Below, piece after piece: positions 1-9,849 of a stretch of 64,000 nucleotides of DNA (positions are counted from its first letter, which is position 1; the number at the start of each line of letters is the position of its first letter). A program made the translations under genes and the position numbers. This DNA is from an uncultured Verrucomicrobiae bacterium. Lineage in GTDB: Bacteria > Verrucomicrobiota > Verrucomicrobiia > Limisphaerales > JAFGQR01. The stretch spans positions 64,001 to 128,000 of the forward strand of contig CAWBHS010000072.1 of the NCBI GenBank assembly GCA_963788655.1, read 5' to 3'. The notes under the pieces are model-generated. The model saw only the letters and a list, made by a program, of their open reading frames with translations, ran no database searches and was not told the origin of the DNA.

Positions 1-170
1 TGGGGCTTGGGAATTCGCCGATCCTTGATCCTTGGCAATTGACCATTTCCTTCCAAAGTGTCGCCAGCAACTGCCACTACGTTGCAATCAAACATCCCAG
101 AGAATTCCCGGTTGACCGTTCGAGTAATCCGGCTGTCTGCGTTTCCGCCGGTGGAACATCGGCCGCACGT

Positions 171-641
171 TCAGCCGCGATAGACGATAAAAGCGCCGTA
201 GTCGGTAATCCAGGCGCGGGTGGCCAGATCCATGTGGGTGTAGTTGAACGTATTGATGCTCACCACATTGGATTCGCCGATTTTGGCCAGGAAGTCGGTG
301 ACCACCTCGTCGAACCGATCCTTGCCCACTTCCACGCAATCGGATCGCCGAATGCTTTTCACCCGCAGCATGATGCCTTCCTTGGCGGCTGCTTCCATGG
401 GCTTCAACGGCTTGGCAATCAGGTCGTCGCCCTTGCTCTCATGCTGGGGCACTTTGAAGTGTTTCTCTTCTTTGGCGGCGGCCGAAGACGCAATGGCATC
501 GACCACATGGGGCGTAACCTGTTCACCTTCCGGAATGACAATCGTTTCGCTGCAGGAGGGACACTCGATTTCGGAACCAACCCCGGAAGCCTCGACTGAG
601 AGTTCCTGTTCGCAGTGGGGACATTTGAAAATCACATCCAT
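171..641 (-). CDS. Zinc-ribbon (CxxC...CxxC) domain hypothetical protein
   Basis: ORF 171..977; likely start at ATG 641 (MDVIFKCPHCEQEL...IECPSCSE), which has two CxxC knuckles; the upstream extension looks non-coding. Confidence 0.7.
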   Translation of the reverse strand: MDVIFKCPHCEQELSVEASGVGSEIECPSCSETIVIPEGEQVTPHVVDAIASSAAAKEEKHFKVPQHESKGDDLIAKPLKPMEAAAKEGIMLRVKSIRRSDCVEVGKDRFDEVVTDFLAKIGESNVVSINTFNYTHMDLATRAWITDYGAFIVYRG

Positions 642-982
642 AACCAATCGCGTTTTGTTCGGGACTGAGGCCAAGCTATGACGGCGCTCCGCCGATTGCC
701 AGAAAAAAATGTACGGTCCTGCGACAGTGTCAAGCCGAGCTAAAGTTGGAAGAAACGGAAGGGGCAGAATTCGAAGGCCGAAATGAGCCCAAAATCCGAA
801 GCCAGAAGTCTGAGAATTTCCGGTTTGGAGGCGTTTTGCCCGGCCATGGTTCGAAATCGGAGCGGCGTTCGGGAATCGGACTTCAGATTTCCAAAGTAAC
901 CGTCGTCTTAAATTTTTTGCGGATTCAACCTGGCAACGCTTCAACGCTGCTACGGCTCTGGTTGCGGCGGCACCCATAGCGT

Positions 983-3520
983 TTACTTCTCAATTTCTTC
1001 GCGCCGTTCGCTCTTTCCGGCAAACAAGATGTCGCGCCCTGTCAGATAAAGGACAAGGGTCAGGATTGCGAACGGAATCAGCGAGAACAAGTCAGCGTAA
1101 GGGCCGCTGTAAAACGGATTGTGCGTATCGGCCCAGGTCGTGATTTCCTGGGTGACGTTGGTGAGTAAGCCGGCCATGAACGCGATGATGATGCCCGCAA
1201 TGGCTCCGCCGGCAATGTAACCCGACGCCAGCAGCACCCCCGGGCTTTTGTCGCCTTCCGCGTTGAGTTGTTCACGCGTCAAATTTGCCCCGCGATGTTT
1301 ACGTTCCAAATAGCGGTCCACCAGCCAGCGCACCATGCCGCCAATGAAAATGGGCGAGGACGATGACAGCGGCAGATACACGCCCACCGCAAAGGCCAGT
1401 GAAGGAATGCTGGCCATTTCCAGCACGACGGCGATCATCACCCCCAGCAGCACCAGCCCCCAAGGCAATTCGCGGCTGAGGATGCCTTTGATGATGTACG
1501 ACATCAGGGTGGCCTTCGGCGCGTCGAACTTGGTTACGGTAGTGCCGTCGGGCCGCGTCTTGTGGGTGCCGTTGATGCCCGGATCCACCAAATACACCGG
1601 CGCGCCTTGGTCGTTGACCAAGTATCTTCCCGGTGGCCCGCCCGACGTATCGGTCTTTTGCCAGACCCAATAGGCATTGGTGTCGCTGCCGGCTTGCGGA
1701 CCGGACAAGGGCTCGCGCTTGGTGAGTTGCGGTAAAGGCGCCCGAAGTTGATCGGAAAAGTTGTGCTGCAACTTCCACGAAACGGCGCCGGCGGAGTTGA
1801 TGAGATACTCGCCAGACTCCAGGCGGGTGTCCTTGGGAAGGGAAGTCTGCGTACCGACTTGCAGGATACGATATGGTCCGCCCTCGGGTGCCTGTAATTT
1901 GGCGGAATAGACCGGCAAGGTGTTCGCGAAGGTTGCTGGAAGGCTGGCCGGGGATTTCTTCAACGGCTCGAAAGTCGTTTGCGGCACATAAACCGTCGCC
2001 GCCTGGTTTAATTGGAGCAGAATCGGTCCGAGGATCAATGCCGATGCCAACGCTCCGATCATGATGGCAATCTGTTGCAGCTTGGGCGTGGCTCCCACCA
2101 GAAAACCTGTTTTCAAATCCTGTGACGTGGCCCCCGCATTGGACGCGGCGATGCAAACAATGCCGCCCACCGACAACGCGGTGATGTAGAAGTGCGGCGT
2201 GGTCCAACCGAGCGCCAGAAAAATCAAGCTGGTCAACAGCAAGGTAGCCACCGTCATGCCCGAAATCGGATTGGACGATGAACCGATCTCGCCGGTCAAT
2301 CGCGAGGAAACCGTGGCGAATAAAAAGCCAAAGAGGACAATCAGCACCGCCCCCGCCACGTTCATGTGCAGCGGCGGCGAGAGCGTAATGGCAATCACCA
2401 ACAACAGGATGCCACCAAAGACCACTTTCAACGGCAAGTCATGTTCGGTCCGCAGGGCTGATTGGCCTCCGTTACCGGCTGAGCCGACCATTCCCAGTCC
2501 TTCCTTGATGCCGTGCCAGATGATCGGCAGCGAGCGGATCAGACTGATGATTCCGCCCGCCGCCACTGCGCCGGCGCCAATGTAAAGCACGTAGGCGCCG
2601 CGAATGTCATTCGGGCTCATGTCTCGAATGGGGATCGTGCCCGGTGCCAAGGGGCCGGTCAGGCCTTCGCCGAAGAACTTAATGGCGGGGATCAACACCA
2701 GATATGCCAGCACACCGCCGCCGCACATGATCGAGGCCAAATACGGCCCGATGATGTATCCGACGCCCAACAATTCCGGTGAAATCTCCGCCGCGATGGA
2801 ACCGGCTTTGAACGGTGCGCCAAAGACTTTTTCCGGCACATCCTTCCAGACCTTGCCGGCCACCATGAGCGCTTTGTAAACCAGACCGATGCCGAAGCCC
2901 GTGAAAATCGTGTGCGCGCCACGGTAATTCCCGGTGGCCTGTCCTTGCGGAGGGGCGGCTTTTTCGGCGTCGGCGGCTGCGCCGGCTTTGAGCACTTCCG
3001 CGCAGGCCGTGCCCTCGGGATATTTCAAGTGGGTGTGTTCCTTGACGATCAAGGCGCGCCGCAGCGGAATCATCATCAGGATCCCGAGCAAACTGCCGAG
3101 CACGGCTACGATGGTGATGCGGGGAATTTCGAGGTCGAAGCCCAAAATGAGAATGGCTGGCATGGTCACGCCCACGCCGAAGGCGATGGATTCGCCCGCC
3201 GATCCGGCCGTCTGCACAATGTTGTTTTCCAGGATGGTGGCGGAACGCATCCCGAATTTGGACAGCACGCGGAAGAGCGTGATGGAAATGACCGCCACGG
3301 GAATGGAGGCGCTCACCGTCAGACCCACTTTTAACACCAGGTACAACGACGATGCACCAAACACCATGCCGAGGATGGTGCCAAATATGATCGGCAGCAC
3401 CGTGAACTCGTGCAGCCGCGCTTCCGGTGAGACAAACGGTTGGAAGCCATCCGCCGGCTCCGTTTCCGGGAGCGAGGCAGCGTTACCGGGCGTTGGGGTG
3501 TCGGGGCGGTGATTCGACAT
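983..3520 (-). CDS. OPT family oligopeptide transporter with a soluble insertion
   Basis: Motifs YLVLKVGLTVSASIP, ENNIVQT, YPEGTACAEVL, SSNPISG, QDLKTGFLVGATP, APKATLM; many TM segments. Confidence 0.93.
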   Translation of the reverse strand: MSNHRPDTPTPGNAASLPETEPADGFQPFVSPEARLHEFTVLPIIFGTILGMVFGASSLYLVLKVGLTVSASIPVAVISITLFRVLSKFGMRSATILENNIVQTAGSAGESIAFGVGVTMPAILILGFDLEIPRITIVAVLGSLLGILMMIPLRRALIVKEHTHLKYPEGTACAEVLKAGAAADAEKAAPPQGQATGNYRGAHTIFTGFGIGLVYKALMVAGKVWKDVPEKVFGAPFKAGSIAAEISPELLGVGYIIGPYLASIMCGGGVLAYLVLIPAIKFFGEGLTGPLAPGTIPIRDMSPNDIRGAYVLYIGAGAVAAGGIISLIRSLPIIWHGIKEGLGMVGSAGNGGQSALRTEHDLPLKVVFGGILLLVIAITLSPPLHMNVAGAVLIVLFGFLFATVSSRLTGEIGSSSNPISGMTVATLLLTSLIFLALGWTTPHFYITALSVGGIVCIAASNAGATSQDLKTGFLVGATPKLQQIAIMIGALASALILGPILLQLNQAATVYVPQTTFEPLKKSPASLPATFANTLPVYSAKLQAPEGGPYRILQVGTQTSLPKDTRLESGEYLINSAGAVSWKLQHNFSDQLRAPLPQLTKREPLSGPQAGSDTNAYWVWQKTDTSGGPPGRYLVNDQGAPVYLVDPGINGTHKTRPDGTTVTKFDAPKATLMSYIIKGILSRELPWGLVLLGVMIAVVLEMASIPSLAFAVGVYLPLSSSSPIFIGGMVRWLVDRYLERKHRGANLTREQLNAEGDKSPGVLLASGYIAGGAIAGIIIAFMAGLLTNVTQEITTWADTHNPFYSGPYADLFSLIPFAILTLVLYLTGRDILFAGKSERREEIEK

Positions 3521-3643
3521 TATGCGGACAAAGCACTAACGACGCGCGCGAAGATTACCGGTTTGGCAGTGGGGAGCAAGACTGCCGAACGAATTGATTC
3601 AGCGCTGGGGTAAGGCGTTCAAAACAGAATGGTCAGCCAAGGC

Positions 3644-4237
3644 TTATTGGCCAGTTGGTACGTACGTCAATTTGAGCTTCTTGAAATACTCCTGATCGGG
3701 AAAAGTCCGGGACTGGGATTGAGTGCCTTTGATAACCGGGAAAGCCGCGATTGGACCTTGACGGTGCGCGTCCGTAAATTCCACAAACAGCCAATAGGTT
3801 CCGTCCGGCAGCGGCTGGTTCTTGGCGTCCCGCCCATCCCACGTCACCTTGGTTGCCTCGTGGCTTTTCAACGTGGCTCCCGTGATTCCGTCCACTTCGT
3901 GATCGTCACCGCGTGCCTTGAGCCACGTGGTCAGGTATTTCTGGCGCTTGCCGGCCTGACGACCGATAGTCTTGACGAAGTTGGTATGGGCATCGGTTAC
4001 CCAGGCGGCGAGCACATGTTTAGGACTGTATTTGCCGCCGGTGGCCACCGTGGAAAACTCAAGTTGCACCTTGCCGTCAGTCGCGGCGGCGGAAAGGGCT
4101 ACGGTGATTGCCAATCCCGCCACCCGCCACCAAGACTGGCCCAATCCTCTTGGAATTCTAAACGCAAGCATTGCCTTTCCCCTCAACGCAATGGCGGTAC
4201 GTACGATCGATCGATTGTGCAAAACCAGGTTTTTCAT
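3644..4237 (-). CDS. Secreted DUF2271-like protein with a putative flavinylation motif (DGITGAT); true start uncertain
   Basis: Signal-peptide-like stretch, then YSPKHVLAAWVTD...FVKTI...VDGITGAT...WDGRDAKNQPLPDGTY, recognised as the DUF2271 pattern. Confidence 0.75.
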   Translation of the reverse strand: MKNLVLHNRSIVRTAIALRGKAMLAFRIPRGLGQSWWRVAGLAITVALSAAATDGKVQLEFSTVATGGKYSPKHVLAAWVTDAHTNFVKTIGRQAGKRQKYLTTWLKARGDDHEVDGITGATLKSHEATKVTWDGRDAKNQPLPDGTYWLFVEFTDAHRQGPIAAFPVIKGTQSQSRTFPDQEYFKKLKLTYVPTGQ

Positions 4238-4393
4238 GCGATTGTTGGCGCGGACGGTGCCCCAGGAAACAAGACTTGGTCAAGTGCCAAGCAATAGCTG
4301 GGGCAACGCTGGTGCTTCAGATAGCTGAAAGTTCGCAAGCTTCGTTCCTCTCAATGCCAATCATAGGGATCTGCGTCGAGTCGCCACGATTCT

Positions 4394-5314
4394 TCAGTGC
4401 CGCTGCTCCAGCACGCCGAGGCTGCGCAGCCAATCTTCAGCGCGCTGCGGCCAAGTGGTAACGGTTTTGCCCGCGGGCCGGAGTCCATAACCGTGACCGC
4501 CGGAGGGATAGAGATGCATTTCCACCGGCACTTTGGCGTTCTTTAGGGCCAGATAATAGAACAAGCTGCACTCGACGCGAATCCCATCGTCCTCCGTCTG
4601 CACCAGAAACGTGGGCGGGGTTTTGGCGGTGATCTTCAATTCCGGCGCGATCTTGTCGCCTTCCTTCTGCACGGTGAGATAGGCGGGGTAAATCAACATG
4701 ACGAAATCCGGGCGGCAACCGACTTGATCCGCAGCATCCACTGCCGGATACGTGCGCTGCCCGTAGTTGCAACTCAGGACCGCCGAAAGATGCGCGCCCG
4801 CCGAGAAGCCCATGACCCCAATGCGCTGCGGATCGATACCCCAATCCTTCGCGTGATACCGCGTTAGACCCAAGGCCCGCTGTGCGTCCTGGAGCGGCGC
4901 ATCATAACGTTCGCGATCTTTGCGCACCGGAACGCGATATTTCAACAACACTGCCGTCACCCCAATCGAGTTGAGCCACTCGGCGACTTCGGTGCCTTCG
5001 AGGTCCATCGCCAGAATGTGATACCCGCCACCCGGGCAGACGACCACCGCCGCGCCGGTGTTCTTGTCGGCCGGCGGCCGATAGACGGTAATGGTTGGCG
5101 TGGACACGTTGCCAAGCCGAATAACCGACTTGCCCGCAACCAAACCGTCGGTTGGCTTGGTCAAATCCTTTTCCTTGCCGATGTCGCCTTCTTCTCCGGG
5201 CGCACCATTGGGCCATAGTGCCATGGGCGGCGGTGAGTCGGCAGCGCCAAGGAGCGCTGGGCCAAAAGCGAGTTGGAATAAAGCCAGGCTGAAAATGGTC
5301 AACGTTCTATTCAT
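4394..5314 (-). CDS. Secreted alpha/beta hydrolase (BD-FAE/acetyl-xylan-esterase-like)
   Basis: CPGGGY oxyanion motif, GFSAG nucleophile elbow, Asp (TEDD) and GGHGYG His; signal peptide from MNRTL at 5314. Confidence 0.88.
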   Translation of the reverse strand: MNRTLTIFSLALFQLAFGPALLGAADSPPPMALWPNGAPGEEGDIGKEKDLTKPTDGLVAGKSVIRLGNVSTPTITVYRPPADKNTGAAVVVCPGGGYHILAMDLEGTEVAEWLNSIGVTAVLLKYRVPVRKDRERYDAPLQDAQRALGLTRYHAKDWGIDPQRIGVMGFSAGAHLSAVLSCNYGQRTYPAVDAADQVGCRPDFVMLIYPAYLTVQKEGDKIAPELKITAKTPPTFLVQTEDDGIRVECSLFYYLALKNAKVPVEMHLYPSGGHGYGLRPAGKTVTTWPQRAEDWLRSLGVLEQRH

Positions 5315-5425
5315 GCCTCTATGAAAGGACCAAAACCGTTCGAGGGCAAGCAAAGCCGTGGAGGGCAGGTCGTTCTTGGGAAAGACTGTCGGCCTGCGGT
5401 CGGCCAGGAGAAAGCCGGCAATCGG

Positions 5426-8261
5426 TCACTGTCGCTTCTCGCGTGCTTGGACGGATGGTTCGGGCGCGCGGTTCAAGAACTTGCGAACCTTTGGATAATG
5501 GACCAACAAAGACCTTTGGAAGTCATCGAATTGATCGAGTTGATCCACGATATCCGCCGACTCGTTCACGCGACGAAAAGAGGTCTTGGAACCGTGGTGG
5601 CTGATTTCATAAACCTCAGTTGAATCAGTACGAGGCGCGGAAGCACTTGGGTCCCGTTTTTCGAGCAGGTAGCGGGAGCCGCGAATGATGGCCCGGTCGG
5701 CATGCGAGTTCAAATAGACGGTCTTGTTTCGATTGGCTGCTTGGTCATACAGAGAAACGCCTTCGTAAAACTGTCCGGCGGGCAACGGCAGATTGAGCAA
5801 GTCAAGGACGGTCGGCAGCACATCGACTTGCGACCCCAAAACCTCGTTGAGCCGGTGGCCCGGGCGTCGAGGATCCAGGATGATCAACGGCACATTCGAC
5901 AGGACCGGCGACAAGTTCCAGCCATGGCCCAGCGTGCCGCCGTCCTCACCCACCATCTCGCCATGGTCATCGGTAATGACCACCAGGGTATGGTCGAGCA
6001 ACTTCAACTGCTGCAGCGTGTCCAGCATGCTGGTGATGATCCAATCCATGTACAAGAGCTGGTTCTTGTAGCGGCCGGTGTAATTGCCGTCGATTTCCCC
6101 CAGCCCGTTGTCGAACTTCTCGAACTCCTTGGACGGTGAGTCGTACGGCATGTGTGGCGCTGCCGGCAAATAGGTCAGGAAAAAACGTTCGTGTTTGGCG
6201 GCATGCCGGGTTAGTTGGCTTTGGATCGCCGCGAGCGTGGCGGTTTCGGATACGCCCCAGGAGACTGAACGATATTTTTCCTTGCCGGGCATGTTTTTGG
6301 CCTCGTAAATCGCGTCAAGGTGCCGGGGCCGAAGGTAATCGTCAAAGCGCTGATACCCCGTATGGCTGGAATAGAAGAGCGACACCTTACAACCGGCCTG
6401 GTGCAACACGTCGAACAAGGAGGGCGCTTCGAGCCAGGGACAAACGTACGTGGCATAATCAGCCGGCGCATAAAAGCCACTAAACACGGTAAAGCGGGCG
6501 TTGATCGAGCACGGCCAATTCGCGTAAAAGTTGGGGAACAATTCCATGCGATCCCGATACTTTCTTAAGCAGCGGTTGCGTTTCATCCGCGGCCCCAAAC
6601 AAGGACAAATACCGGTTGTAGGAAGACTCCATCAGGATGAGCAGCACATTAAGTTCGGCGGGCGCCCCGGTCGGCGGCTGGTGAACGCGGCGATCCGGAT
6701 TCCGCAAGCCCAGGCGAGCGGACACCTGGTCAAATTCTTGAGCGGTGTAGTTCCTGATTCGGGTGTTCTCCAGCCATGGACTCGACGCCAGAATATGGGC
6801 CACTCCCAATCCTTCGCCCTTATCAGTCTTGCTCAAGAGCGGGGTGGCCAGGGCCAGCAAGCCCAGCGCCAGAGCCCCATAAAGAGCCCCGCCCGGCGCC
6901 GGCATCGAATCGGAAACCGCCTTCCGCCGGGGCCAGTACTGCAACGCCCTCAGAAGTCCCGTGTAAAGCCCGATGATCAGAACCATGGCCGCGATTAATG
7001 GCCCCACCAAGGGCGCGATCGTTCGCCATAACAGCACGGGATCCGTATTCATTGCCAGGACATGCCAGTCGAGCCGGATACCCATCTTCCGGGTGACGTT
7101 CAAATCCACCAACGCGATCGCAAGCGCGCCGAGCGCCATCGCATTGAATCCCCACCGCGCGAGCCGGGGATGGCGGCGGTAAACGCGGGCGAATCCCAGC
7201 CACAGCCAGAGGACCATTACGGTTTCCTGCCAGAAGTAATGCGGCAGGGCCAGACTGTATGCCATCACATAAGTGTAGTTGCCGCCGCGCGGATAATTCC
7301 GGTTGGCCAACAGGAGGAAGACCATCATGTAAAACGGCAAGAAATGGCTCAAGCCCACGGAGGCGGGGCTCCGGCGGCCCAGGACATAAGCCAGCGCAGC
7401 CAGAGCGCCGATCAAGGCCAGGAAATTCACCAGATAGGGCTCGAGGTTCTGCAAGGCGACACCATTCCGGGCCAACAATCCCCAACCCAGGAGGATCATT
7501 GCTACGGGCAACAAACTCCACCCCCAGCCGAGCGGCCGGCGTCTCACAGACCAACTCAACAAGCCAGCCAGCCCGAGGCAATTGACCACCCGCAGAGCCA
7601 GGTTCAGCTCCATCAGATCCCGCAAATTGACCAGGAGGTAAAGGACACTTAAAACGCCGAGTCCATAGAGCGACCAATGTTCGCGTCCCCTGCGGGCACC
7701 GATCCAATACCACAAGCCGTAAGCGAAGAGATAGACGAACAAATAGGGACTTTCGAAAAAGAGATCCTGGGTCAGGTAATGCCCTACGTCAGCCCAGTCC
7801 AAGAATCCATCCATGACTGGATAAAGGTAGTTGGAATTGACCCGTTTGAAATTCAGCACCGCAAACAAAAGCGCGGCGAAGCCCAGTCCCAGGTTGGCCC
7901 CGCGAATCGTCCACGGGCGAGCGCCTGCCATTTGGCGTCCCAGAATGGTTACGGTCGCCAGCACCAAACCGGCGAAACACCCCAGGTTGAGCAAGTCGAT
8001 TGGCTCCGTTAGGTGGGGTAACAGGCGCCAATGCGTTTCATACAAATGGGAGGAAAGGTCCACCAATAACCAACCCTTGAGCGCCAACAACAGACTGAAC
8101 AAGACGATGGCCCGGACGGTAATCGGGCAGCTCTGGATCCGCAACCACAGGCGGGCAAGGAAGTCGGTGCCGGTCCCGAGTTGGCGTGTTCCTTTGGCCA
8201 AGTGGGCCAGCATACTCTTTAATTGGGTCATTCGTTCGACCGCCAGTGATGGTCTGGTCAC
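5426..8261 (-). CDS. Membrane-bound LTA-synthase/sulfatase-like (alkaline phosphatase superfamily) protein, split by a frameshift near 6565
   Basis: ORF 6480..8261 has many TM helices and ends in NVLLILMES...ETQP; ORF 5426..6598 continues with PHMPY, YKNQLLYMD, VITDDHGE, SQVDVLPT. Confidence 0.8.
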
Positions 8262-8541
8262 AACGGGCGTTTTAGCAGAACCTATGCCCCCCCTGCGGCA
8301 GATTGTTTTTGCCGGTCACCGTCATTCGCGAGGGTTGGCTGAGGCAAAACGTGCAATCGCCAAAGCGGGTCGCGGACATTCCTTTGTCTCATAATTGGAC
8401 AGCGTGTGTCTGCGAGTGAGCCCCTGGCTGCCGAACCGGAAGCGCCGGGTAAGGCGAGCCGACGTCGAACCGAGCTTGGAAGCGGCCTGTGGCCGGACTT
8501 TTTATCGTGTGAGTGCTGCAAAATGGTTTGCCAACTCACCT

Positions 8542-8557
8542 TGGCACCAACGCTGCT
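8542..8557 (+). promoter_or_regulatory. Putative sigma54 (-24/-12) promoter of the pilin gene
   Basis: TGGCAC-CAACG-CTGCT, GG-N10-GC spacing, ~110 bp upstream of the pilin ATG. Confidence 0.6.
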
Positions 8558-8667
8558 AAAAGCCCGATATGCGGCCGGTAAAAGGCAATGAGTGAACGAC
8601 CCGCAGCACAAATAAATAACCGCCTTTTACCTTCGTTCACACCGCAAGAGAGAAAGGTAAACGCAGT

Positions 8668-9036
8668 ATGAGAATAAACACCTCCCGCAAGGCCGGCTTC
8701 ACGCTGGTAGAAATCATGATCGTCGTGGCCATCATCGGCTTGTTGGCCGCCATCGCCATCCCCAACTTCGTCAAGGCGCGCACCGCCAGTCAGAAAAGCG
8801 CGTGCATCGCCAATTTGAAACAAATCGAAGGGGCCAAGGCGACCTGGGCATTGGAAGAAAAGAAGAGCAATACGGACACCCCGGGCGACAGCGCTCTGTT
8901 TGGTTCGACTTTGTATATTCGCACCAAACCCTCGTGCCCCGGCGGCGGCAGCTACACGATCGGCCAAGTGGACGCCAAGCCCACTCTGTTCGCTTTCGGA
9001 TCACGTTTTGCCCAACTAGCCGAAGCTAAATCATAA
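8668..9036 (+). CDS. Type IV pilin / prepilin with N-terminal cleavage-methylation motif; true end probably 9019 after a 1-nt correction
   Basis: KAG|FTLVEIMIVVAIIGLLAAIAIPNF class III signal; removing one base near 8986 gives the ending KPTCSLSDHVLPN*. Confidence 0.9.
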   Translation: MRINTSRKAGFTLVEIMIVVAIIGLLAAIAIPNFVKARTASQKSACIANLKQIEGAKATWALEEKKSNTDTPGDSALFGSTLYIRTKPSCPGGGSYTIGQVDAKPTLFAFGSRFAQLAEAKS

Positions 9037-9051
9037 TCCTTTTGGATTCCA

Positions 9052-9088
9052 AGCAGGCTTGAGGAGTTCCTCAAGCCTGTTTTGCTTT
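9052..9088 (+). terminator. Intrinsic terminator after the pilin gene
   Basis: CAGGCTTGAGG-AGTT-CCTCAAGCCTG followed by TTTTGCTTT. Confidence 0.75.
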
Positions 9089-9302
9089 GGTTGTTTGGTT
9101 TGGTTTGAATTGATTCCTTTTACGCCAGCGGTTCGGGAACCGTCGAACTCCTGGTGGCCACCCGGAGGTTCATTGGCAGGTTGGCTGACCACCGCCGGTG
9201 GATGACTTGGATCGGTCCCGTAGTCGGATTCTCTGCTCCGGAGCAGCATCGGCCACGTAATTGTGGCCGCAACGCAAGCCGCTCTTTTCAGCCGTCTTCT
9301 AA

Positions 9303-9574
9303 GAGCCTGTTTTAAGATTCGGCGTGGTCCTGTTTTCGCGGAAAAGGCCGGCTGGCGAGGCGCGACGAACGAGCATACCCGCAGCGGTCTGTAAGCGAGG
9401 AGCAACGAAGCCAGCCGGCCTTTTCCGCGAAAACCCGCAGGGCGGCGGGTCTTTTGAACGTGGGCTTCGTTGGCTCGATCCTTACAGCCCACTGCGGGGA
9501 TGCGCGGACCTCGTCGCCTCGCCCGCGTCCAAAATCCCTCGCCGCAGGACCTCGCCCAATTTTAAAACAGGCTC
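9303..9574. mobile_element. 272-bp MITE with IS5-family-like ends
   Basis: 17-bp terminal inverted repeats GAGCCTGTTTTAAGATT / AATTTTAAAACAGGCTC (16/17 match), TAA on both flanks (9300-9302, 9575-9577), internal ~25-bp inverted repeat, no transposase. Confidence 0.75.
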
Positions 9575-9577
9575 TAA

Positions 9578-9768
9578 GTAACGATTGTGTAGGGCAGGCG
9601 TCCCGCCGGTCCCGAACAAGTGCAAGCCAACAACTTGTATCACGGCACCGTGAGTCTTCCTAGGTCACCCAAGGGTGAGGATTCCTTGGGTTATCCGTGA
9701 CAGGCGAGACGCCTGTCCTACCATGCCGAACTGCCTCCTCGCCGCACCAGCCACTGAATGGATACGGC
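9578..9768. mobile_element. ~190-bp REP-containing MITE-like element, copy 1
   Basis: Reverse-complement similarity to 30929..31122 along its length; contains the inverted pair GTAGGGCAGGCGTCCCGCC...GACAGGCGAGACGCCTGTCCTAC; left end degenerate. Confidence 0.7.
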
Positions 9769-9849
9769 TTAAGCCGGTCATCACCCCGGAAAATTGAGGG
9801 AATCTTAAAAAAATCTTGCTTCTGTTCGCCTTCCGCCTGCTAAATCGGA

